Assembly (NCBI GenBank): GCA_903869595.1
Contig: CAIPZV010000037.1
Span: forward strand, 4,600-68,599
From: an uncultured beta proteobacterium
GTDB lineage: Bacteria > Pseudomonadota > Gammaproteobacteria > Burkholderiales > Burkholderiaceae_C
DNA length: 64,000 nt
Direction: 5' to 3'
A program made the position numbers and the translations under genes. This document shows positions 36,986 to 45,674 of this stretch, in pieces; position 1 is the stretch's first letter, and each line of letters opens with the position of its first letter. The notes beneath the pieces were generated by a model, which saw only the letters and a list, made by a program, of their open reading frames with translations, had not been told where the DNA came from and did no database searches.

Positions 36986-39609
36986 AAAATCTGCTCGCCG
37001 ACGCCGACGCGGCCTACCGCCGGGGCGACTTTGCCAATGCCTTGCGCATTTCGCGGCCTCTGGCCTCGCTGGAATACGCCGCCGCGCAAAACAACCTGGG
37101 CTTTATGTATGCCAACGGCCAGGGCGTGGCACAGGACTATGCGGAAGCGCTGAAGTGGTACCGCCTGGCCGCCGCGCAAGACTATGCGCCGGCGCAATAC
37201 AACCTGGGCTATATGTACGCCAACGGACAGGGCGTGGAACAAGACCACGCCCAAGCGCTGCAGTGGTACCAATTGGCCGCGGCACAAGGGCTGCCGGATG
37301 TGCAAACCAATCTGGCTTTTATGTATGCCAATGGCCAGGGCGTGGAACGTGATGCAGCGCAAGCGGCTTACTGGTTCGAGCGCGCCGCCGTGCAAGGCCA
37401 CGCCACCGCCCAATTCAATTTGGCCAGCATGCTGCTGCAAGGTGAAGGCATAGCCAAAGATACGGTGGGCGCACGCAAATGGCTGGAGTCTGCCGCCGTG
37501 CAAGGCCACAGTTATGCGCAATTCCAATTAGGCCTCTTGCTGGCACAAGGCAAAGACGTGGAGCCCGATGCCGAACTGGCGGCCAAGTGGTACCACAAAG
37601 CCGCCGACCAGGGCGATGCCCCGGCGCAATACAACCTGGGTCTGATGTACGCGCACGGCCAGGGCATTGCCCCGGACTTGTCGCTGGCCATGTCCTATTT
37701 CACGCTGGCCGCCGAACAAGGCCATGGCGATGCGCATTACAACCTGGCCGTGCTTTTAGCCCGGGTGGACGGCGAAGGCCGCGACGCGATTGATGGCACT
37801 GGCGCTGACGATGACGAAGACGCCCCCGGCCCCATGGCGCAAGCCCTGGTGCACTACCGCACCGCCGCCGCTTTAGGCCATGCGCAAGCGCAATACAACT
37901 TGGGCACGCTCAGTGCCAACGGCTATGGCGTGGCGCAAGACTATGCCGAGGCTTTGCAGTGGTACCAAATGGCCGCTGAGCGCGGCATGGCGCAGGCGCA
38001 GTTTCAGGTCGGGTTGATGTACCACATCGGCCAGGGCGTGACGCAAAACAGCACCCAGGCGCGCCAGTGGATGCACCTGGCCGCTGACCAGGGCCATGCC
38101 ATGGCGCAATGCAATTTGGGCGCGATGTACAGCCAAGGCCAGGGCGTGAGCCAAGACTTCACCTTAGCGCGCCAGTGGCTGCAACTCGCTGCCGACCAGG
38201 GCGACACCTTGGCGCAACATAACCTAGGCCTATTGCTCGCCCAAGGCAAAGGCGGCGCGCAAGACGCGGCCAAGGCCTATGACTATTTCGCGCTGGCGGC
38301 CCAGCAAGGCCATGGACCAGCCCAATTCAACCAAGGCGTGGCGCTGGCCCAAGGCCATGGCGTGGCGCAAGACCTGCAAGCGGCACAAGCCTGCTGGCAA
38401 CACGCCGCCGACCAGGGCATGAGCGAAGCCATGTTCAACCTGGCCGTGCTGCGCGCCAGCCAAGACAATACTGATCCGCAGGTGCGCGCGTTCTACCAAG
38501 CCAGCGCGGACTTGGAAAACGCCGCCGCTCTGCACAACCTGGGCGTGATGTACGCCACCGGCAGCGGCACGGAGCAAGACGAAGCACAGGCCTTGCAGTA
38601 TTACCGCGAGGCCGCACGGCGCGGCGACGTAGCCGCGCAATACGCAGCTGCAGTCTTGCTGGCTGAGGGCCCGCAAGAACTGTGCGACGCGACGGCGGCA
38701 TTGGCCTATTTGGAACTGGCCGCAGCCCAAGGGCATCCGGCGGCGCAAGAGCGTCTGAACCTTCAACAATCAAACCAAAGCGCCAGCACTGCCGACTATG
38801 CGCGCCTGCTAGACAACTACCGCCTAGCGAGCGAACACGGCGACGCCTTGGCCGACTTCAATTTGGGCCTGCTTTACGCAGGTGGCCTGGGCTGCGAGGC
38901 CGATGCGGCGCTGGCGCAGCAGCACTATCTGCGCGCCGCCCAAGCGGGCATGGCGCAGGCGCAAAACAATTTTGCTATTGCCTTGCTACAGGCCGCCGAT
39001 ACCGGTGCGCAAGCCGATGTGAATGCAGAACAAGCAGGCCAATGGCTGCGCGAGGCCGCGGCCCAAAACTACCCGCTCGCCTGCTTTAACTTGGCGCTGT
39101 ACCAAAGCCGCAGCGGCGACGCGGCGCAGGTGCCAGAACTGCTGCGCCAAGCTGCCGAACAGGGCGTGGGCAAAGCCCAATTTAATTTGGGCTGGAATTT
39201 GGCATTTGGCGATAACGCCATTGCCAGCTTTACCCAAGCCCTGCCCTGGTTGCATAAAGCCGCCGAGCAAGACGATACCGACGCGCTCTACACCCTGGGG
39301 CGCATGCAGTTTTTCGGGCAAGGTTTGCCCGCCGATGCAACGCAAGCGCTGGCCTGGTACCAGCGCGCTGCCGCATTGGGCGATGGCGCAGCGCAATTTA
39401 ATTTGGGCTCCATGTACGCCAACGCCCAGGGCACGGCGCAAGACTATGCCCAAGCCTTGCAGTGGTACCGTGCAGCGGCCGGCCAGGCACCGGCACCCGC
39501 CCCAGCGGCACAACTGAACGCACCACCGGTCACCGCGCTGCCGACACGCGCCACGGAACCAGAGACTGTGGCCACTTCCGACAGCGATGCCATGAGGCGG
39601 GCCGCGTGA
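36982..39609 (+). CDS. large Sel1-like repeat protein (~22 repeats), no signal peptide
   Basis: Tandem 36-aa Sel1 units over the whole length; acidic insert GTGADDDEDAP in repeat 7. Confidence 0.9.
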   Translation: MKNLLADADAAYRRGDFANALRISRPLASLEYAAAQNNLGFMYANGQGVAQDYAEALKWYRLAAAQDYAPAQYNLGYMYANGQGVEQDHAQALQWYQLAAAQGLPDVQTNLAFMYANGQGVERDAAQAAYWFERAAVQGHATAQFNLASMLLQGEGIAKDTVGARKWLESAAVQGHSYAQFQLGLLLAQGKDVEPDAELAAKWYHKAADQGDAPAQYNLGLMYAHGQGIAPDLSLAMSYFTLAAEQGHGDAHYNLAVLLARVDGEGRDAIDGTGADDDEDAPGPMAQALVHYRTAAALGHAQAQYNLGTLSANGYGVAQDYAEALQWYQMAAERGMAQAQFQVGLMYHIGQGVTQNSTQARQWMHLAADQGHAMAQCNLGAMYSQGQGVSQDFTLARQWLQLAADQGDTLAQHNLGLLLAQGKGGAQDAAKAYDYFALAAQQGHGPAQFNQGVALAQGHGVAQDLQAAQACWQHAADQGMSEAMFNLAVLRASQDNTDPQVRAFYQASADLENAAALHNLGVMYATGSGTEQDEAQALQYYREAARRGDVAAQYAAAVLLAEGPQELCDATAALAYLELAAAQGHPAAQERLNLQQSNQSASTADYARLLDNYRLASEHGDALADFNLGLLYAGGLGCEADAALAQQHYLRAAQAGMAQAQNNFAIALLQAADTGAQADVNAEQAGQWLREAAAQNYPLACFNLALYQSRSGDAAQVPELLRQAAEQGVGKAQFNLGWNLAFGDNAIASFTQALPWLHKAAEQDDTDALYTLGRMQFFGQGLPADATQALAWYQRAAALGDGAAQFNLGSMYANAQGTAQDYAQALQWYRAAAGQAPAPAPAAQLNAPPVTALPTRATEPETVATSDSDAMRRAA

Positions 39610-39655
39610 ACATCAAGCAATACCACGCTGTGGGCAGCAAACCATGCTTAAAAGC

Positions 39656-39682
39656 TCAAGCTTTGGGGCCTTGTGCCGATTC
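39656..39682 (+). promoter_or_regulatory. putative sigma28 promoter of flgP-flgT
   Basis: TCAAG-N14-GCCGATTC, the same geometry as the flgM and fliD motifs. Confidence 0.7.
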
Positions 39683-39710
39683 ATGGAAGGACCATCTACA
39701 AGGATTGAGT

Positions 39711-40271
39711 ATGCAAGTTACTAAATTTATCTCCATCGCCCTGACCGCCATCGTGCTAAGTGCCTGCCAAGTCGCGCCTTTGCAAAATTTGATGGGCAAT
39801 GTCGGTCTAAACCCTGAAGCTGCCGCTGGCAATGGCGCGCAAGACAAAACCGCCAGCGAGCGCCCGGCCATGCTCAAAGTGCCCAGTGAGTTGCTGGTAC
39901 CCAATCTGCCCCTGGTGGAAAAGCGTGAAAGCCTGACCGCTACCGGCTACGCCGTCATCAGTGTTCAAAATAGCAAAACGCCGGCACAGCAGCGCCTGAT
40001 GGCGATCCGCGCGGCCAAGCTCGACGCTTATCGCTCGCTGGCCGAACAGGTCTATGGCCTGCGCTTGGACGCTACTGCCACCGTGGCTGACATGGTGGTG
40101 CAAATCGACACCTTTCGCAGCAAGGTGGAAGGCGTGATTTATGGCGCGACCTTGGTGAGCATCACGCCCAGCGGCGACGATACGTATGAGACCACCCTGA
40201 CACTGGACAAAAGCACGGTGCAGGACTTGCGCATGCTGTACCTGACGCAGCTCACCGCGAAAAGCCGTTAA
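39711..40271 (+). CDS. flgP: FlgP/LPP20-like flagellar lipoprotein
   Basis: Lipobox LSAC; QRLMAIRAAKLDAYRSLAEQVYGLRL motif typical of FlgP. Confidence 0.8.
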   Translation: MQVTKFISIALTAIVLSACQVAPLQNLMGNVGLNPEAAAGNGAQDKTASERPAMLKVPSELLVPNLPLVEKRESLTATGYAVISVQNSKTPAQQRLMAIRAAKLDAYRSLAEQVYGLRLDATATVADMVVQIDTFRSKVEGVIYGATLVSITPSGDDTYETTLTLDKSTVQDLRMLYLTQLTAKSR

Positions 40272-40297
40272 TCCATAAAAAATTTAGCTACTCCACC

Positions 40298-41497
40298 ATG
40301 CGCCGCCTTCCCGCCCTGTTGATGACGCTGCTGCTGGCCGCCAGCGGCGCGGGTGTCTGGGCGCAAAACCTGAGCATGGATGAAAAGCTGGCGGCCATTC
40401 GCAAAAGCCTGGTCGAGACTGCGCTGGAAGGGCCGACCAAAGTCACTGCCACGCAATGGATTGATGCGCAGGGTGTGTTGCGTGAAAGCAGCAGCTTTCG
40501 CTCCGGCGTGGAAGTGCGCGGTGTGCGCGTAGTGGGCTACACCACCGACAGCGAAGGCGAAGCGAGCGCCACATTGCAGTTGCAGGAACTCTCGGGCAAG
40601 GGCAACGCCAAAGGCATGGGTGATGCAAAGAAGGCTGAGCCCGCGTGCAAACCCGCAAGCCCTGGCCGCTTGCAGCACTTAATGGGGATGCAATGGAATG
40701 TCAGCGGTCGCTTTTCGAGTGAAGAGCACAACCTGTTAGAGGAGTTGCGCGCGAATTGGCTGGGTCAATTGCGCACAACCGGCGCCACCACAGCGCTTTG
40801 GAACATTACCCCCAAGCCCCGCAACGAAGGGCGCAGCGGCTACGAACAAGCTTTGCTGGGTTCAGGCTCGGATGACCTGCCCTGGCTATTGGACCTGACA
40901 GTTGTCGCAGTTCCGAGATCGCAAGAAGCCAACACCGGATGGACCAATGCCAGCGATCGCGCGCCCATGCTGGCTGAAGAAAGCGCTCGCGCCTCGCCAC
41001 GCATCAACTGGGCCTTCAATATGCCGACGATGGTACGCGTCGAGGTGCAAATGCGCCTCATCGCCCGCAACCAAACCAAGCCCGTCTTGGTCCTTAACAC
41101 GCCCCTGACTTTGATCGCGCAGGAAGGCAACTGGGGTATCACCCAGCTCAGCAACAGTTCGCGCACACAAGCGCTGCAATTGGCAGAAAACAATGCCTTG
41201 GAGCTGTATAAAACCATGGTGTGCCAAACCGTGGTCGGCGAAGTCACGCAAGCGTTGGGCAAGCAATTTCGGATCAACCTGGGCACCGCTGCCGGGGTGC
41301 GCGTAGGGGATACCTGGGTACTGGCTGATGCGAGCAGGCTGCCCCAGCGTGCACTCGAGCCGGGCAACGCGGGGTTGACTGTAATGGCCAAGGTTCAGTA
41401 CGTCACCGAGCACTACGCGCAACTGACACCGACTGCTGGACCGGCGCAAAACGTGCAAACACGTTGGGCCGCCTGGTCGACCGAGGAAGCGCGCTAA
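40298..41497 (+). CDS. flgT: FlgT-like periplasmic flagellar assembly protein
   Basis: Signal peptide; C-terminal FRINLGTAAGVRVGD motif resembling FlgT_C; adjacent to flgP. Confidence 0.65.
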   Translation: MRRLPALLMTLLLAASGAGVWAQNLSMDEKLAAIRKSLVETALEGPTKVTATQWIDAQGVLRESSSFRSGVEVRGVRVVGYTTDSEGEASATLQLQELSGKGNAKGMGDAKKAEPACKPASPGRLQHLMGMQWNVSGRFSSEEHNLLEELRANWLGQLRTTGATTALWNITPKPRNEGRSGYEQALLGSGSDDLPWLLDLTVVAVPRSQEANTGWTNASDRAPMLAEESARASPRINWAFNMPTMVRVEVQMRLIARNQTKPVLVLNTPLTLIAQEGNWGITQLSNSSRTQALQLAENNALELYKTMVCQTVVGEVTQALGKQFRINLGTAAGVRVGDTWVLADASRLPQRALEPGNAGLTVMAKVQYVTEHYAQLTPTAGPAQNVQTRWAAWSTEEAR

Positions 41498-41550
41498 GCC
41501 CCTGGGGCCTTCGTGCTAAGCTTTGCGCCGATTTGCGAATCGCCCCTACG

Positions 41551-41991
41551 ATGCTTTTTACTTTCCCTCTGCGCCCCGTGACCATAGGCCTTGCCTGTGT
41601 GCTGCCCTTGTGCGCCATGGCCCCCTTAACCTGGGCAGCCAGTGATGCGGCCCCGGCAAAGCCGGCCGCCATCGTCGCAGCGCCTGCCGGTCAAACCTAC
41701 AAACCCAAAGCGGGCGAAACTCTGGACCAGGTGATTGCCAAAACCATGGGCACTAGCCCCCTAAGCATGGGCATTTTGCGCAAGGCGTTCATCGACCAAA
41801 ATCCGCAAGCCATAGTGCCGGGCAATCTCCCCAAGCTACGCAAAGGCGCAACTTTGAACGTGCCTGACCACGACTTGCTGCTGCGCGGTGTACTGGCCAG
41901 TGTCACACCGGTGGCAGCGCCCCCCGAAGCCAGCCCCCGTCCGGTACAGTCCACGCCCGAAGACCGTAAGCGCTGGGTTCAGTTTCCGTGA
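41551..41991 (+). CDS. small exported LysM/FimV-N-like protein
   Basis: Signal-like N-terminus; GETLDQVI...FIDQNPQAI...LRKGATLNVP resembles the FimV/HubP LysM region. Confidence 0.6.
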   Translation: MLFTFPLRPVTIGLACVLPLCAMAPLTWAASDAAPAKPAAIVAAPAGQTYKPKAGETLDQVIAKTMGTSPLSMGILRKAFIDQNPQAIVPGNLPKLRKGATLNVPDHDLLLRGVLASVTPVAAPPEASPRPVQSTPEDRKRWVQFP

Positions 41992-43289
41992 TCCCCGTTA
42001 GTGATGCGTCGGCGAACCCGGTACGCATCAACCCGGTTTTTCCTCAAGGGCCCGCTTCACCCACGCTGGTAGAGGCAGTCACTGCGCGGGCCCTGAACCT
42101 GCGCGATGGCCAAATCGTGCAAGCCACGGTGCAATCGCGTGCCGACGAAATGGTGCTCATGCTGCGCGGCCGCCAAGTAGGCATTGCCCGTGTGCCAGGC
42201 TGGGAAGTGGGCCAGCGCCTGAGCTTTCGCACGCAGGCCAACCCGGATGGCAGCATCGCTTTAGTGCTGATCAACGGCAAAGCCAGCGCTTACAGCAACC
42301 CGGGCCTACCCACTTTGATTGAGGCGCAGGCGCGGCCTGTGCCCAACCAGCCGCTACCCAATCCGAATCCGCAAAACGAACATGGCCAGGAGCGTACTGC
42401 GCCCAGTATTTCCGCCCCGGCTACGCCACCGAGCAACCCGGTGGTCGCGGTGCAAAACTTGCAGGCCAGCGCCCTATCGGGTCTGGGCTGGACACCCATT
42501 AGCCCGAGCGAGGGTAAGTTCTCTCGCCTAGGCAGCCTGATGTACCGCAACCCGGGTATGCCCGAGGTGCGCGATTTGCTCAAACCGGGCGGTCTCGACG
42601 CTTTGTTGTCCAGAGTAGCGAACCAACCCGAAGTCCAGGCGCAATTGCAAAACCAGTTGCAAGCCATGCGGCTGACCATGGCAAAACTCAGCCCCGAGGA
42701 GATCAGCGCCGCCTTGCGGGCCGCGCTGGGCTCGGAGACCAGCTTGCCGCGCATCCGCAACCCAGCCCCCAATGACCTGAAGCCTTTGCTGCACAAGTTG
42801 TTGTCGCTGATGGAGGACAAGACCGAAGAAGACACAGCAGGTATGCACCAGGTCAAGCGCGCGCTGGCGGATTTGGACGCAGCCCAGCTGACGGCCATGC
42901 AGGCCCAGCACCTAGGCGAAATGTCCATGACCGTGGTACTGCCCTTTGTGGACCATACCCCGGTAGAGTTGGCCTTTGAGCGCAAGCGCACGAACGAGGA
43001 CGAAGAGTCCCGGTACACCGTGAACATGCATTCCAACAGCCGCGATTACGGCGAGTTGTGGCTGCAGGCCGATTTGCTGGGTGGCGACAACGTGGCCTTG
43101 TCCATGTGGGCGGTGCGGCCCGCAGTGATTGACTTTGCCCGCCAGGGCCAGGCCGAGCTGCGCAAAACGCTGGGTGACGCGGGCCTGACGCTGCGTTCGT
43201 TTTCGGCGCACTTGGGCGAGCGCCCTGCGCCCGAGCCCCTCATCCAGCCCCTGGCCTTGCCCGGCGAAGTGGTGGACATGCGCGCATGA
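41988..43289 (+). CDS. second FliK-like protein (FlhX-associated)
   Basis: C-terminal YTVNMHSNSRDYGELWL...LRKTLGDAGL T3S4-like domain; overlaps the FlhX-like gene. Confidence 0.65.
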   Translation: MIPVSDASANPVRINPVFPQGPASPTLVEAVTARALNLRDGQIVQATVQSRADEMVLMLRGRQVGIARVPGWEVGQRLSFRTQANPDGSIALVLINGKASAYSNPGLPTLIEAQARPVPNQPLPNPNPQNEHGQERTAPSISAPATPPSNPVVAVQNLQASALSGLGWTPISPSEGKFSRLGSLMYRNPGMPEVRDLLKPGGLDALLSRVANQPEVQAQLQNQLQAMRLTMAKLSPEEISAALRAALGSETSLPRIRNPAPNDLKPLLHKLLSLMEDKTEEDTAGMHQVKRALADLDAAQLTAMQAQHLGEMSMTVVLPFVDHTPVELAFERKRTNEDEESRYTVNMHSNSRDYGELWLQADLLGGDNVALSMWAVRPAVIDFARQGQAELRKTLGDAGLTLRSFSAHLGERPAPEPLIQPLALPGEVVDMRA

Positions 43290-43699
43290 GAACCATCAAA
43301 AAAGCCATCGCCCTGGAATACGGCAAAAACCGGGCGCCCATCGTCACCGCCAAGGGCGAGGAAGAGGCGGCGCTGGAGATGATCGCCCAAGCGCGCGAGT
43401 ATGGCGTCTATGTCACCGAAGACCCCAAACTGCTGGCCTTGCTCAGCCGCCTGAAGGTCGATCAGGAGATTCCAGCCGAGCTGTTTACCGCCGTGTCGGT
43501 GATTTTGTCTTGGGTGTATTGGCTCAAGGGCATGCGCCCCGGCGATGAAAAAACCGCGCCTGGCACGGCTTCAGATAGCCAAACCGAGGCCCAAGGCATG
43601 CCCACCGAGGCGGCTGCGATGTTTGACGAATTGTCCAGCGGCCTTGATGGTTTGGGTGGATTCGGTAATTCGTCTAGTCCGGCGGGTGGTGCTGGATAA
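43286..43699 (+). CDS. FlhB C-terminal-like protein (FlhX/YlqH type)
   Basis: AIALEY...APIVTAKG...EDPKL...EIPAELFTAVSVIL. Confidence 0.88.
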   Translation: MRTIKKAIALEYGKNRAPIVTAKGEEEAALEMIAQAREYGVYVTEDPKLLALLSRLKVDQEIPAELFTAVSVILSWVYWLKGMRPGDEKTAPGTASDSQTEAQGMPTEAAAMFDELSSGLDGLGGFGNSSSPAGGAG

Positions 43700-43721
43700 A
43701 CCTTGCGTGCCGGGACTCAAT

Positions 43722-43806
43722 CCGGTCATTACGAGGCGACAGGCCGTGCCAATCTAGGATTTCGTACCTGCATGGATCGCCGCGTCGCTGCGCTCCTCGC
43801 GATAAC
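43722..43806. repeat. REP-like palindromic element of the same family as 3834-3924
   Basis: 43773-43803 is the exact reverse complement of 3839-3869 (31 nt); lies between convergent genes. Confidence 0.8.
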
Positions 43807-43825
43807 GCGCTTATGAAGCGTTTGC

Positions 43826-44215
43826 TTAGGCGTCGCTGTAGCCGGTGTTGCGCGAGAAGCGGGAGATGTGGCCCAGGCGGTCATAGACTTCCACCGAGCT
43901 GCTGGGGTCTTCCAGCCGTAAGCTTTGCAGCGTTCCGCGGATGGCTTCAAGTTTGCGCTCCATGAGCACTGCATTGCGTCGATGCGCATCACGGCAGGCG
44001 ATCATGGTTTCGCGAAAACCCTGCCAATGGGGCAAGGTCTGCACCTCGTGGGCCGGGGGCGCCAGGCGCGTCAACTCGGTAAGTAACTCGTTTTTAATAG
44101 GTTGCAGGGCTTCGAACTTATCCAAATCCTGCACGCGCAAGGCGTCGAACTCCAGTTCCAGAATCTCAGAAAGCTGGCGTGCAAGTTCGTTAGCCTGTTC
44201 GGTGGTTTCGGTCAA
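43826..44215 (-). CDS. flgN: FlgK/FlgL chaperone FlgN
   Basis: Helical protein with CRDAHRRNAVL motif, downstream of flgM. Confidence 0.82.
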   Translation of the reverse strand: MTETTEQANELARQLSEILELEFDALRVQDLDKFEALQPIKNELLTELTRLAPPAHEVQTLPHWQGFRETMIACRDAHRRNAVLMERKLEAIRGTLQSLRLEDPSSSVEVYDRLGHISRFSRNTGYSDA

Positions 44216-44248
44216 TGCACACTTTCAGGGGACAGCTCACTCACCCGT

Positions 44249-44584
44249 TTAGTGGGAGATCAAGTTCTCCAGAGCCAAAAAGCTCTCAGCGATGCGACGC
44301 GGATTGAGCGGATACTGCCCGTTTTGAATCGCTTCCTTTATCGAGTCCACTTTGGCGCGGTCAAATTCGGGCTCTTTTTTCAGGCGCTCGGTGATTTTCT
44401 TGAATCCTGGCACTTCAGCACCTCGCTCAGCGGCCGCCGATTTGCTGGCCGCGATTTCCGACTCGGAGGCGGCTGCCTGCGTTACCGCACCCGCAAAACC
44501 ACCGCCCTTGGCTTTCTCCAGGGATTTACGCAGGGACACATCGGTCTGCACCGGCCGGGAATTGTTGGATATCGCATCAGTCAT
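44249..44584 (-). CDS. flgM: anti-sigma28 factor FlgM
   Basis: FDRAKVDSIKEAIQNGQYPLNPRRIA motif. Confidence 0.92.
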   Translation of the reverse strand: MTDAISNNSRPVQTDVSLRKSLEKAKGGGFAGAVTQAAASESEIAASKSAAAERGAEVPGFKKITERLKKEPEFDRAKVDSIKEAIQNGQYPLNPRRIAESFLALENLISH

Positions 44585-44635
44585 AGTAGGCTCGCTTCAT
44601 GTTCGGAAGTCGTTTATGGGGCTTCTCTCACAGGT

Positions 44636-44662
44636 GAATCGGACGTAGAAAACAAAACTTGA
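44636..44662 (-). promoter_or_regulatory. putative sigma28 promoter of flgMN
   Basis: Minus strand TCAAG-N14-TCCGATTC. Confidence 0.6.
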
Positions 44663-44683
44663 GGCCTTTTCGTATTTATTTTT

Positions 44684-45571
44684 TCATAAACCGCGTGCAG
44701 TATTGGGTCCGGTAACCACCCCACTTAGTATTCGACCCGACTCGGGATTTTTTAAGCGGATTTGCTCGCCCATTTTGCCATCTTGAAGGGATTCCACCCG
44801 CGCTGAGATAGCAAAACCGCTGCTTTGGCCTATCGTCAGGATGACGGCTTGGCCCTGTTTGACCAAAATCGCCCGGCGTACGTCGTGGCTGCGCAGAGGT
44901 ACGCCCGCTTGCATGTCACGCACCATCTCGCCATTTTCCAAATCCTTAACTGAAGTAACAGCCTGTAAATCTACGCCTTGCGCCGTTACTTCCTGCTCTT
45001 CGAGCATGTCGGGACTGACCATGGTCCCGCTGCGCAGCAGCTGCTTGGCCACCACCACCTTGCGCATGACCGCAGGGGCACTGGCAGCAGCTTTGGTCGG
45101 TACAGCGGGCGCACTGGCTTGCACCGCTGAGGCCAAAGCATGCTGCGCACTGGCCGGCGCGCCCGCCAGCGTAACGCCGGGTTTAAGCACCAAGCGCATA
45201 TATAACTGCCAGTAGGGGCTGCCTAGGCAGCGCACACGCACCGTCTCCCGGGTGGCAAAAGGCAGATCCATCACCAGCGGGCGGTCACAGGTCTGCACCT
45301 GTACCCGTGCGTCCAGCGGCGCAAAGCTGAATTGGTCAGCCTCCAGTTGGTGGGTTTTTTGGGCCCATTGGCTCACTTCGCCGAGTAATTTGCTCTGCAA
45401 GACGCCTGAAACGTCGCTTTGACCATAGGCACCGCCCAAGATAAAAAGCCAGGGAAGCGCCCGCACCCCAGTCCTTGCCCAGACGCACCAAATAGCCGCC
45501 GCAACGGCCATCCAATGGCACAGCCCTTGCGTAAGTGTTTGAAACGGTGTTGGTTTTACGACAGCGTGCAT
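44684..45571 (-). CDS. flgA: P-ring assembly chaperone FlgA
   Basis: SAF-domain pattern; LVKQGQAV and ESLQDGKMGEQIRLKNPESGRIL. Start uncertain (45571 or 45517). Confidence 0.9.
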   Translation of the reverse strand: MHAVVKPTPFQTLTQGLCHWMAVAAAIWCVWARTGVRALPWLFILGGAYGQSDVSGVLQSKLLGEVSQWAQKTHQLEADQFSFAPLDARVQVQTCDRPLVMDLPFATRETVRVRCLGSPYWQLYMRLVLKPGVTLAGAPASAQHALASAVQASAPAVPTKAAASAPAVMRKVVVAKQLLRSGTMVSPDMLEEQEVTAQGVDLQAVTSVKDLENGEMVRDMQAGVPLRSHDVRRAILVKQGQAVILTIGQSSGFAISARVESLQDGKMGEQIRLKNPESGRILSGVVTGPNTARGL

Positions 45572-45586
45572 GATGAACCAAGTACG

Positions 45587-45602
45587 CGCAAGAAAAGTGC
45601 CA
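45587..45602 (-). promoter_or_regulatory. sigma54 promoter of flgA
   Basis: Minus strand TGGCACTTTTCTTGCG, a perfect consensus match. Confidence 0.82.
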
Positions 45603-45674
45603 CTTGTTACAGACATTACACATTCAAACCTTTATCACCGCTATAGATACCGATAAACCCGATTGACTGGCCCC

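Noticed and set aside
45630-45656. ACCGATAA as a sigma28 -10 element for the LysM/SLT gene
   Set aside because: No TCAAG/TAAA-like -35 element at the proper spacing.
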